Assembly: GCA_050084515.1 (NCBI GenBank) | Contig: CM114271.1 | Span: 37,386,001-37,450,000 of the forward strand | Length of the DNA stretch: 64,000 nucleotides | Direction of reading: 5' to 3' | From: Blasia pusilla | Lineage: Eukaryota | Translations under genes and position numbers: made by a program | Notes under the pieces: model-generated | Seen by the model: the letters and a program-made list of their open reading frames with translations, nothing else | The model's database searches: none | What the model was told of the DNA's origin: nothing | Shown: piece after piece, positions 1-10,568 of the stretch | How the letters are laid out: each line of letters starts with the position of its first letter | Position numbering within the stretch: the stretch's first letter is position 1

Positions 1-1790
1 ACATGTCGATGTCGCTCCTCAGCAACTGCAAATCTCGATCCCAACTCGATCGTGGAGACAACTCCTCCAATCAGCAAGTCATACTCCTCTCGTACTAAGG
101 CTGCTCAAAACTCCTCGATAGACAGTGCGGTCCCAGCGGAACAGTGCGGCGTTGCAGGCAGCATGGAACGGCTACGAACGGCACGGCCCTCGATGGTGGG
201 ATGCGGCACTCGGCGGCATACCCTCCTCAATCAATAATAATCCCACACTCTTCTCCACAATGACGGTGCGGCTCCGCGATCGAGACGGTGCGGTGCGGCC
301 ACGAGCGGCACAGCACGGCAATCGGCGGCGCGTTGCGGCTACGGGCGTCACGGCACGATACTCGATCGTCGTCGGGGCGGCTACCAATCACAACATAGCA
401 GCATGAAATCAAAACTCAAACACCATAACCGGAGGTCATCTGCCATCACTTGTTGATGAAGAAATTGCGATGACGGTGGCGGCCGAAACAAAGTACGTGG
501 TGGCGACGCAAGTCAAGGAATCAACGAACGTCGTGGAAGACCCTCCACTCCGTAATGGCGGCAATGGCACCCAAAGGGTGGACAATGGATGGTGGACCGT
601 TGACAATGACGGTTGACCGTTGATTGTGATGGTTGACCATCGACGACAAAGGTTGACCGTCGATGGTGATGGTTGACCGTCAACTGTTGAAGGTGACTAT
701 GATGGCGACGGCCGCCGCCGGTGTGGCGGCTGATTTAGGGTTTGCACAATTTAACCCTAAAAATCGCCTAGCAATGGTAGCTTTACAAGATTGACCATAA
801 CTTTTTGGTCGCAACTCCAAATTGCGTATTGTTTGTTTTACAGTGTGCACAGCTTCAGGATCTACGCGAGTATCAAAAAATATTTAGAATCGGATATTTC
901 AGTAAAAACTGACAGGGAATGTCGTAAAGCCCAATGTCTCTTTCTCCTACACAAAATTCGGTAGCGCTCCCGCACTGATTTCTCCCAACGAAAATGTAAC
1001 ATCTGTAAAAATACAAATCAGCAAGCTACATGGTGCTCCCGAGAGCACCAGCATGGGGCAACCTGCCCCCATACTCAATCCCTATCAAAAATTGGGCAAT
1101 GCTTCCGCGCGCCACTCTTCCACACAAAAAATCGGCAAATGCAAAGAATAATGAAAGCAGCCCTTGCTCCGGTGAGCACTCCCATGAGCCGCTGAATGGG
1201 GAACACGGTCCCCAACCTGCAAAAACAGCGAGTGACCATCAAGCTCCCCCATGAAGCTCTCTCACTCTCTCATTCTCTCATTCTCTCTTTGTAAAGTAAG
1301 ATCCAATCTCTCTCTCCACCATCTCACACCATAGCTCTCAAAGGTGTGCACTCTCTCTCATGTCAAACCAAACCCACTCTCCTAATGAAAGGCTTGGGTT
1401 ACACTCACAAGGCAAGGTACCATAGCTCCGCCACCTCATGCCAAGAGGTTCAACAAAGAGAGAATGAGCTCTCAAGCTCTCTCTCCTTGAGGTATACCCC
1501 TCCCCTCTCCCAAGCTCTCTCCATGGTAACCTATTCTCCCAAGTCACCTCCTTGGATCTTGACCTGATGTAGGAGGTCAAGGGCCACTTACCAGAAATAG
1601 TAATTTGATCATATACTCAAAATGGTACTTACCTAAAAGAGTAAGTTCCTCAATATGGCTCCAAATGAGCCGAAACGAAGGGGAAACCTGCTATCTCAGG
1701 TTTCCAAGGGCCTGAACAGGTCACCCTCGACCTACTGGGCGTGTCCTCCACTACTCATGAAGGCGCTCTATTAGATTCCACCGATCTATC
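1..1790 (-). mobile_element. Degenerate LTR-retrotransposon-like segment (unclassified, possibly Ty3/gypsy RT/RNase H remnant plus internal/LTR-like sequence)
   Basis: Minus-strand translation near 400-570 gives AIAAITEWRVFHDVR*FLDL and TSGYGV, weakly like Ty3/gypsy RT-thumb/RNase H. The segment also holds a 20-bp tandem array, a telobox inverted pair and a CT-rich LTR-like stretch at 1250-1560. Confidence 0.3.
591..690. repeat. 20-bp tandem repeat, 5 copies (GGTTGACCGT core)
   Basis: ggt(t/g)gacc(g/a)t starts at 591, 611, 631, 651 and 671. Confidence 0.9.
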
Positions 1791-1859
1791 CTAAAAGACG
1801 TGACAGCATTGGAGATATTTTGGTACTTCTTGTCTCGTTGTTTGGATGCCATGAGTTAG

Positions 1860-1935
1860 CATGGGATCATGCGTGTTTGTGTGTGTGTTCGGTGACAGCG
1901 ATGTATGTTGTGTAGCGATGTGTATGGGCAGGACA
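1860..1935 (+). repeat. Remnant of repeat B (3' terminus) of the DNMT-retroelement family
   Basis: gtgacagcgatgtatgttgtgtagcgatgtgtatgggcaggaca matches the B1/B2 ends at 26281-26325 and 26894-26938. A second partial copy lies at 2164-2217. Confidence 0.65.
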
Positions 1936-1937
1936 TT

Positions 1938-2163
1938 GGAAAGCAAAATTATAAGTTTGGCTTGAAAGAAGCAACCTAAAATTACTTTATCTTCAATAGA
2001 GGTTGAGTACAAATGAGTAACTAATGGAGCATGTGAGGTAGTGTGGCTTCATCGATTTCTTGTTGAGATTGGTGTTAGTAACTTAAGACCTAGTGTAATA
2101 TATGTTGACAATATTACTAACATCAAGCTTGCTAGTAGCCTTGTGTTTCATGCTCGAACAAAG
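1938..2163 (+). pseudogene. Ty1/copia RNase H fragment
   Basis: Translates to ...KKQPKITLSSIEVEYK*VTNGACEVVWLHRFLVEIG...VIYVDNITNIKLASSLVFHARTK, the canonical copia RNase HI pattern (KKQxxVALSSTEAEY...DN...NPVFHARTK), with stop codons. Confidence 0.9.
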
Positions 2164-2349
2164 ATTTGTGTGCATGACAGCCGATGTATGTTGGTAGCGA
2201 TGTCTATTCGCATGATAGATGTCTATGACATATGTATTCTCTCCATGCAACACCTCAACTTGTCTTGCTTTAATAAAATCTTGGCTCTTACTTGAATTGA
2301 GACCCTCTTCATATTACTATATTTGGAAGGTCTTGCAATGATAAACCTA

Positions 2350-3245
2350 CCACTAGCCAACTTAATCCAAATCTCTAGACCCTTCAATACAACCAAATCA
2401 TGCATGCTAAATACAAAGGACTCATATGACACACTAATAATTGATGTACATGATTTCAATCTCCTCTTGTCAATTAGTGTTCAATCTTTGGCTCCCAAGT
2501 CTCCATCATGAGTACGGTAGGACTCTCTAATGTAGGTTTAGGTTGCTATTATGAAATTATGCAATGTTGGTTGACCACCAACACCACTTAAGTGCTCACA
2601 TGCAACCAACTCCAACATCTTCACTCTTAGCACTACTTGGTGATGAAGACCATGTATCATGCCTACTACAATGGATGCCAATTCTTGATACCCAACAGAT
2701 CTATAGGTGTCTGTCCAAATCTCCTTTGGCCTTGTTCCCAACCGTCTCATATACCTCCTTGATACGCAACGCGCTCAACACTTCTAGAGATATGACATGT
2801 CTTGACTGCATTATACATTGCTCAACGTTGGATGGACTGATCAACCACTCCTCAATCATCCAATTAACAATGTTAATTGGATGTCCTCCCCTTATCTAGC
2901 AATCGATCAATCCTAACATAACAAACCTACAATCACCAAATGGATGTCACCCACCAAATCTAGATCTAGCGCCCCCAATATTGAGATACACCTAGGCAAG
3001 GATATACTTTGGTAATCCTTCTTTCATGGAGTTCATGAGAGATATGGGAATCTTTGCCTGGAATGAGCCAAATGTTGTATTGAGACTTGCCTCAAAGTTT
3101 TATCTTGCTCCACATGCAAGTATTGTTATACACGTAGTCATGCTTATAATATGGTCACCAATCCAATATTGATCCCTTTAAGGAGATCCAATACTCTCAC
3201 AACCCCCCTCTTCATATTGCTACAAAATTGGTTTGGTATCCAAGG
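2350..3245 (-). pseudogene. C5-cytosine DNA methyltransferase domain remnant within the retroelement
   Basis: Motifs occur in canonical order: motif I VRVLDLLKGINIG (3162-3194), motif II YLHVEQD (3102-3122), motif III region ISIL, motif IV DIHLVIVGLLC* (2913-2948, equivalent to DLxxxGxPCQ). Motif VI (ENV) is not recognisable. Many stops and frameshifts. Confidence 0.75.
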
Positions 3246-4739
3246 ACGTCAACGTAGTGTTCTCCACTACCTCAAACATATTTGTCTCGTCTTGACATGA
3301 TGTAAAGGCCTCACTCCAAGCCATTTGCACATCGTGTCTGCACTCCATCAAAGAACCCCAATTCAGGCTAATAAAGACACCTCCCGTCCAAAAACAAATA
3401 TTGTTATTATAACTCTCCTCTACATAAGAGAATTGACTATAAGCATCTCACCTCTATAATCATGACGACCCTTAATTGCATCACTTAGCTAGATGATAGT
3501 GCTACAAAATGATGATAATATTGCTATCTCTCCTAGTTTCTTATGCAAATAAAGACTCAAGAGCTAGCTTGTTCATCAATAGACTTCCATCATGGCCTCT
3601 AAGGGTGTTGTCCCATGGGTTGCATCTTGGAGTTGCACGCAACCCCAAGAAATGGTTGTCTGGTAGTTCTCACTAATTTTAGGTTGAATACATATCCTGT
3701 TATTTATAGAACATGGCCTACCACTCATAGAACAACAACCTTGGATAATAGAACTACAAAGGGGAAAAGAATTTTAGATAGAGAACAATCCATGCTTTGG
3801 AAATTTTTAGTGGCTAGGAAGGGTGTGAGTCCATACCCCTTTCTTGCACCCAACATTTTTTGGCGCATAATTTTGGCAACCTCGCACAAATTTTACGTCT
3901 CTAGCGTCAAATAAATGATTTTTGCTAATTTCATTTCATTGGATGAATGTTATCTTGTGTAACAATCGGCGTTGCTAAGCGATATGAGCCCATGGGATAA
4001 GGCCCGAAGAGGCCATGTCCTAATGATAGTTTAGGATGAATCCCATTGGGTATAATATCACTCCATCCAATCACTCTTTCCTTGGCCCACACCAATAATT
4101 CATCTATAAGATATTTTAGCCAAATCCTCACCAATATTTAATGTTGGGAGCTGAACTCAATTATACATGACCCATTTATTGAAGTTTGAGTCCAAAATAG
4201 ACATTGCTCGAAATTAAACAAGAGCTAGGCGGCTAGGCCAAACTGCATAAAACTCGCATTCCCCCACATCAAGTTTGGGCTGCTCCTGAAGCCAACAAGA
4301 CACTCTACGGACACTAAATTATGCTTTGTAGACTAACCAAACAAAAAAGACCACCTCAGTTTTCTAAAAACATTTCTCCAAGTACAACCATAGTGCACTC
4401 AACAACAAGTCTAGCTAGCATCTGCATTGGCCTCGCGATCGTAGTATGCCATGACCTCATGGTCAACATCCCAAGCATACGCGCCAAGTAGAGGTCCACC
4501 ACTTCCTTCATAACTACCTCTAAATATATAGGAGGAAAAAACACCATATTGACTACAACATAACATGGTAGCCAAAACAAAATTAAACCTCAACATGCCT
4601 TCCTCCGAAGGTCATAACATATGAGGCAAAAAACCATCGGGTGCAATATATGGCTATATACATCCACACCAAAGCCATCAACACAAACTCCCTTCAGCAT
4701 CAGTAACGAATGCTAAGGTGCTAAAATACATCGCCAACA

Positions 4740-6290
4740 TCTAACCTTAGGCTAGTCTTATCGGAACCCATGGATTGAGTCATCATAGCCTCAGACAATG
4801 TAAGGATTGAGTTAGCCTAGTATATCTATTCGCTTCTCCTTGTTGAGAATCCAACTCCATTTATGCTTCTTGCATAAGCATGGTAATTGTCTTTGTATGT
4901 TCGACCCTACACATGCATTAGTGATCGTCCTAATCTCTAAGTCCTTGCTCCATATGATATCGATGACCAATGTTAGATAATCTCAATGCCATTGCTACAA
5001 ATTTCTACTACAATAACTTTATATGCGGAACCATTCCAACCTTGCAACAAGGTTCTCCCTTAGTCCATCTAGGTGGTGGGCCTTTGCTTCCTCCACGAGC
5101 ATACCCTCCACCTTGTCTTAATCTAGGACTACTTACTCCAAGATCTTTAGCTCTCCTCACTCCTCGAGCTCAATCTTACATCCTCTTTTGTACTCTCTTT
5201 GCCCTTAGCTCAAATGTAGGTTGAATCATCACTTACAAGTATGGCCATATTATTGATATTGGTCATGATGGAAGACTCATGGCTAGGGTCCATCCTATCC
5301 AATCCAAGGGATGGTACTATGCACTCACTACCCTAATATGCACGTGTAGTATTTTTGGTCATAGTCCCCACCACATGACCAACAAACTAGCCAACAAATC
5401 AACCTTACTTCTTGTTGACCCCCATTTGACAATATGGATCTTAACTCTACACGCTTGTAGTTAGAATATTGGGTGGCCTCTATAGGCCACCAAATATGCG
5501 AACTTCCTCTCTCATCATCTTTGGTGCATGATGTTGCACCAATACTGGAGTCATCCCTCGCAATACCTCCATTGAATAGCTCAAATTTTCCACACTTTAC
5601 TCTGCTATGTTACTCTCAATGCACTTAGCCACCTAAAAATCCTCTTTCAATATAGATCAAGTTTTATGTAGAAGTGTTGTATGTCTGACTTCTCTCTGCA
5701 AGTTATTTTCCAATATCCCATACCATGCCTAGATCGCATCAGGGTACTTCACTCCTCGGGGGATGCTAATTAACCACCTCAAATTAGAATACGCCGCATG
5801 TAGACTGTGTCTCTTGCCTGCTTATGGAGGTGGTGGATGCACCAATGTTTCTTGATTTATACCCCTTGATAGTTATTTTGCAACTCCATTAAGAACTTAA
5901 CCATGGGATTGAACCTCGGCTAGACAGGACTAGATGATGCAACCACCTCTCTAAGTATCACCTACGGTTGAGGAAACACCCTCTCCTAGTTCCTCCTCGT
6001 CATCATAAATGCCTTAGTCCATGACACATAATTTGGGTCATAATATTTATTTGCTCAAGACCTATCTTAATCTCTACAACAAATTGGGTGGAGAACTTGA
6101 GGTAATTGTCCATTGAGAGCCTCTCAATCTAGGTGCTGGAATATACCATATCATGGAAGGGTAGTTCTCCGGAGTTTCTTCGCCTCTATGAGTCACACCT
6201 TCTCTTGAAATCTTTTATGATATCATGTAACTCAATTGTACTTATGGCCCTAAACACGTATGTGATCCTCTACCATATATGGTCTTCAAT
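4740..6290 (-). pseudogene. Retrotransposon gag (capsid plus two degenerate Zn-knuckles), copy 3
   Basis: Collinear peptide similarity to the gag at 23396-25000 and 45608-46620. Confidence 0.75.
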
Positions 6291-6595
6291 CTTTTATAAC
6301 CATTCAACGTCCTCAATGATGTGATCACAAACTCCTTCTTTGAGTCCTCTCCTCTATCTAAGAATGACACAAAGGGGTTTTGAGGCGATTCCTCATATGA
6401 AGATCCTTGATACTTCACATTAGTTTATATGAAACCTATGTCATCACTCTCATCATTTACCATCTCAAGTCCTCGAAGGGATGTCGTCATGATGCTTATT
6501 ACCCTCTTGCACGATCAACTCTCAATATCATTGAAGTGATTGTTAATCTTTGAACTCTAAATAGGCAAGACTTGAATATGCATTTTCATATGATC

Positions 6596-6622
6596 GTGTG
6601 TGTGTGTGTGTGTGTGTGGGTG
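6596..6622. repeat. (GT)n microsatellite
   Basis: gtgtgt run seen directly. Confidence 0.9.
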
Positions 6623-7551
6623 TAGCATGTTAATACACAATGTAGGGCGATGACACTCTACAATCTACATCCTAGAGTGTAGCATAAAAAACAAACACCT
6701 ATCTAAGGCATCCCACATGAGTCTATGTCACTGATTCATACATTATACTGCTTCATGCTTCTGTGCCTATCCACATGACAACTTGCACAACCAAAACCCT
6801 CAAAAACCCTTCACAAGTGTAAGACTATTATTAGAATGGATAACTTGAAACACAATGACCAGGCTATTCAATAACCATCAATAAGTCATCACCAATGTAG
6901 TTGCATCATTAAAACCTCCTTTTATTAGCAAGTCGTATGCCTCAATGTTGATATGGATCACTACTCCTCGACAATGCAATGTGGAAACAAGCAATTATAT
7001 TTTTTCTCTTGGCAAATACTCATTGCCTTTAAGCCAATGCAACTCTATGTGTAAGACAATGTGGTGCAATGCTACAACAAGCACCACAATGCGGAAAAAG
7101 AGGCATATTATAGCTATGGTATAATGATAGCAACATACAATACATAATTGACTTCGGGAAACTACCAAATATTATTATGCTATGCATCATGGAGCCGTTG
7201 GGAAAATGAATAGTAAAAACTCATAATTTTTCTTGTTCACACAATCGTTGTCTATGAAGCCATCCATACAATTCTGTATGTGTAGATGGTGTCTAAAAGT
7301 GTAGATTATAACCACCTTTTTTTATAAGGAGGTAGGAGGTAGAAGGGAAGAGAAATTTGGAGCAATGGTTGGAGTTGGGGAAGTGGAAGCGAGGGGAAAC
7401 AAAAGTGCAACAAAAATATGAGGAGAAAAGTTGGAGTTAGGGAAGTGAAAACATATCCTAAACGTCGGATCAACGGAGGGTAACGAGAAAGAAAGTTGAT
7501 TATCTGATCGCAACTTTGCTATCCTTACTTTTTGATTGACCACATGACATT

Positions 7552-8137
7552 TATCTCATCTTATTTTAACGTACGCAGAGTTCTATCGCGTCGACGGCAT
7601 AGAGAGCCAACGAGTTGTTCGGGTGTAACTTCGTCCCGAGATGTCGGATGAGGTCACCAACCTCATCCTATATCTTGCTCAATAGGGAAATCCTCATCCC
7701 GAGATGTTTTCGGCAATGTTATGTTCCCAACATAACATTGCCGAAAACAACGTTCCCAACGGGTTTGTTTTGTAGGGAACGTCATTTCTGGAGATTTTCC
7801 TATTTTGGTTTTAGTCCGTCAAGTGATTCATTGACCTAGTCAACGTTCACCCGATAACCTGTGCATGCAGATTATTGTTGGTAGGGCTATTTTTGGGGAA
7901 AGAGCCTTTTGGCTCTTCACAAGGATATAAGAGTGAGGAAGATGGCTTTCCCAAACCATCTTTCTCATGTTGAGTCTTAGGAATGCCTCTCTTGCATAAA
8001 CGCATGTGGATGTGTCGGAGTTAGGATGGTAGCATCCGGATTCCCTCATAACGGAGGGTGGATGTGGTTTGATATGCCGGTGTAGATTCATGAGTGGAGT
8101 TTAAGGCCGGGTGAACCATTTTACTACTCTGATTTTA
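7552..8137 (+). repeat. Terminal repeat A1 (5' end)
   Basis: Aligns with 26328-26798 and 43722-44205, e.g. agagttctatcgc...gggtgtaacttcgt...gatgtcggatgagg, aagagccttttggctctt, and tgtagattcatgagtggagt...ttactactc. Confidence 0.9.
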
Positions 8138-10088
8138 CATAAGAAAAACACGAGGGAGCAGGGAATTCGTTGTTTGCAGGTGAGAAAGCGAGTCGCCTCA
8201 ATGGGGAGTCCCTAGATATGCTCGTTGACATGTTTGTTGTTTTTCTCCATCCGAAGGGTCGTATGGGGAAGTGCTGCTCAAATTTTCACGGGTAGCGGAC
8301 TAGAGTAGAGCAACAACAAAATGGCGGACAGGGTGCTCGGGTGTAGCACGTCTCGTGGAGAACAGCGGGAATGTCGGGAGAGAGAGGAGGTTGGGACGAG
8401 TTAGGAGAGCAGAGGGGGCCGATTCGCGTGGCCGCCAAGTGTCACACAGAGGGATTCTGGTGGATAGGGCGCTTAGGGACGCGCATCAGGGGAAGGCGGT
8501 CACGGAAGGCGCGAGGAAGGAAGGGGGTCGCAGCTCCATAGGGATTCGTGCCATGCCGAACGCCGTGTGGCATGTCCATAGGGCGACGTGCCCATAGGAG
8601 TTATAAGGGCTCCCAGGCCGCGGCAAGGCAAGGCTCCAAGGAACCAGGAGGTGCGGATGGTATAAGGTAGGAGGAAGGTGCTCCAAAGAAAGTGGGACAC
8701 CTACATAGGGCGCCGCGCATAGTTGGGGACCGGGTGAGACAAGGGCCCGGAAGGTGTGAGGTGGGTTTGGGGGTAAGAGAGTAGAGTGAGGGTTGGCTGC
8801 ATAGGGACGCGAGCCGTTCCAGCTGAATGGAAGGTATTTCGAAGGAGGAAGAGCGATTGCGGACAGAGGGCCGAAGGAGAGAAGGTACGTGGGAAGAAAG
8901 GAGGGGCTCATGGCATAGGGGCGCGTGCCCAAATGCCAAGGGGCCACAGGGAGTTAGACGTTTTGACGAGCCGGGAGTGCATGAAGTAGGAAGGTGCCGC
9001 CCACTAGCGACGGAGAGAGGGCACAAAGTTGGGACGCCGGACATACATGGTAGGCAAGATACCTAGTTGAGCGGTCACTAGAAGGAATCCGCCCAATAGA
9101 CATTAGAAATTATAACTACATGTAATTGCAAAAGATTATTTATCACTAATAACTCTAATTTATAATTATCCAGATCTTAGTGTCAAAAGACTTGTTATTT
9201 GGGATATGTAGTTATTAATTGATACGTTATGATGATGATCTTGCTTGTTTGTGTTTAATGATGTGGATCCTAGTCATCTTGTGACGTGGAATTGAATGTA
9301 CAATACTTTATGATGACGTGGAAAAGGATATTCCTAGACACGTGGTATCTTTGCACTAAAGTTAGTTGTTATTTTGTGTCATATGAGTAAAGACAATACA
9401 TTTAGTTGTATAATATATTCACATATCTACTTATAAAAAGTTCAGGTGTCCATGTATAATATTTTGTTCCTTCTAGTGATATCTTTGCACTTACTTCCTA
9501 CGGATTTGATACTAGTTTTAGTTAATTATGGAATTGTGCTCTTGATAAATGTACTTCCTTTTCTTGATTGAAGTTGTAAAAAGTAACTAGAATGACCTTT
9601 GAATGAGTGTATGTAGTCGTAACAAATGACTAGGATGATTTTTTAAAGACTATATGTAGTTCTATATATAATACTAATCGTTGTACAATTGAATGTAGTT
9701 TTTCCCATACATTCAAAAGCATCACGTGCATCTTTATATCTACTATGAGACCTGAATTGTTTTCCTCCATACAATGATGAGATAATCCCAGAGGTTGAGA
9801 GAAATGCATGCACTTCCAATCACTCACAAATAAGGTGGTTTAATTGAAACATTGTTGACTTATCAGATAACTAAAACAGTAAGAACTCAAATCATTCAAT
9901 TGACTAAAGCCACAACACATATGAAGAAGAGGATTATATTGCCAAACTCCATAAGTAGACCAGAAAAAACTTATTGAAACATGAGAGAGAGATTATTCCA
10001 AAATATCTTCATATTATATAAAACACTCAAAAACTTCAAATACATTGCAAATTATGTTTATTAAAACAGAATCCTAGAAGACACTTCT

Positions 10089-10556
10089 TGTTGGATTCTC
10101 AACATCCACTTCTCTGAGCATCATTAATCTGATCGGCCCCCTTCTATGAGGAGAAGCCTAGATTGATGGTTCCGACTTAGACATCGAAGCAGTCATAGTA
10201 ATATGATGTAGGTGGTTTTTGGAGTAGCGTTACTAGGATTATCTAAACGTGTATTAATGCGCCGCGCGGGTCCGAGGGCGCAGCCCATGGCAAATTTGGT
10301 CTATTAATAGAAACAAAGAAAAATATGTTAAAAACCCTAGTTTCATGAGTAGTGAAATAGTCAGGAGCCGCAACAATAGTGTATTCTCGTATGTCGAGTT
10401 ATCTCCATGTTCAGGTTCCATCGAAGCTCTTCTATGAGCCACGGACGGACTAGGCCACTTTGTATCTTCAAGTTTTGTAAAGATTTCAATGATTTCGTCA
10501 CTTTCTGTTTTCTCACACTTCTACCATAGCTAAAACCGCAATGCAAAATATATTCA
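10089..10556 (+). mobile_element. Copia solo LTR nested in the CACTA element
   Basis: Begins TGTT and ends TTCA. Similar along its length to the 5' LTR at 40738-41297 (ggccccctt...gacttagacat...caacaatagt.tattct...tttgtatcttcaag). TSD not recognisable. Confidence 0.6.
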
Positions 10557-10568
10557 GTAGAACAAAAA

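Larger units (their letters stand above)
2230..6530 (-). mobile_element. DNMT-retroelement family, copy 3 (old and diverged; gag plus C5-methyltransferase remnants; unclassified segment at about 3600-4740)
   Basis: Minus-strand gag peptides (FRAISTIELHDIIKDF, IFQHL, MDNYLKFSTQFVVEI, PRFNPMVKFLMELQNNYQGV, AWYGILENNLQREVRHTTLLH, VCWSCGG, YGHTCK) align with the gag of copies 1 and 2. AWSEAF...TLTSLDTKPIL*QY aligns with copy 2 AWSHVF...TLTPLDTTPIVWQ. Boundaries are approximate. Confidence 0.8.

Noticed and set aside
591-690. CRISPR-like repeat-spacer array
   Set aside because: The units are only 20 bp, the 'spacers' resemble each other, the context is eukaryotic and there are no cas genes.
2300-3560. 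First read as Ty3/gypsy RT-RNase H-integrase debris
   Set aside because: Full minus-strand translation instead shows the linker and methyltransferase motifs matching copies 1 and 2.
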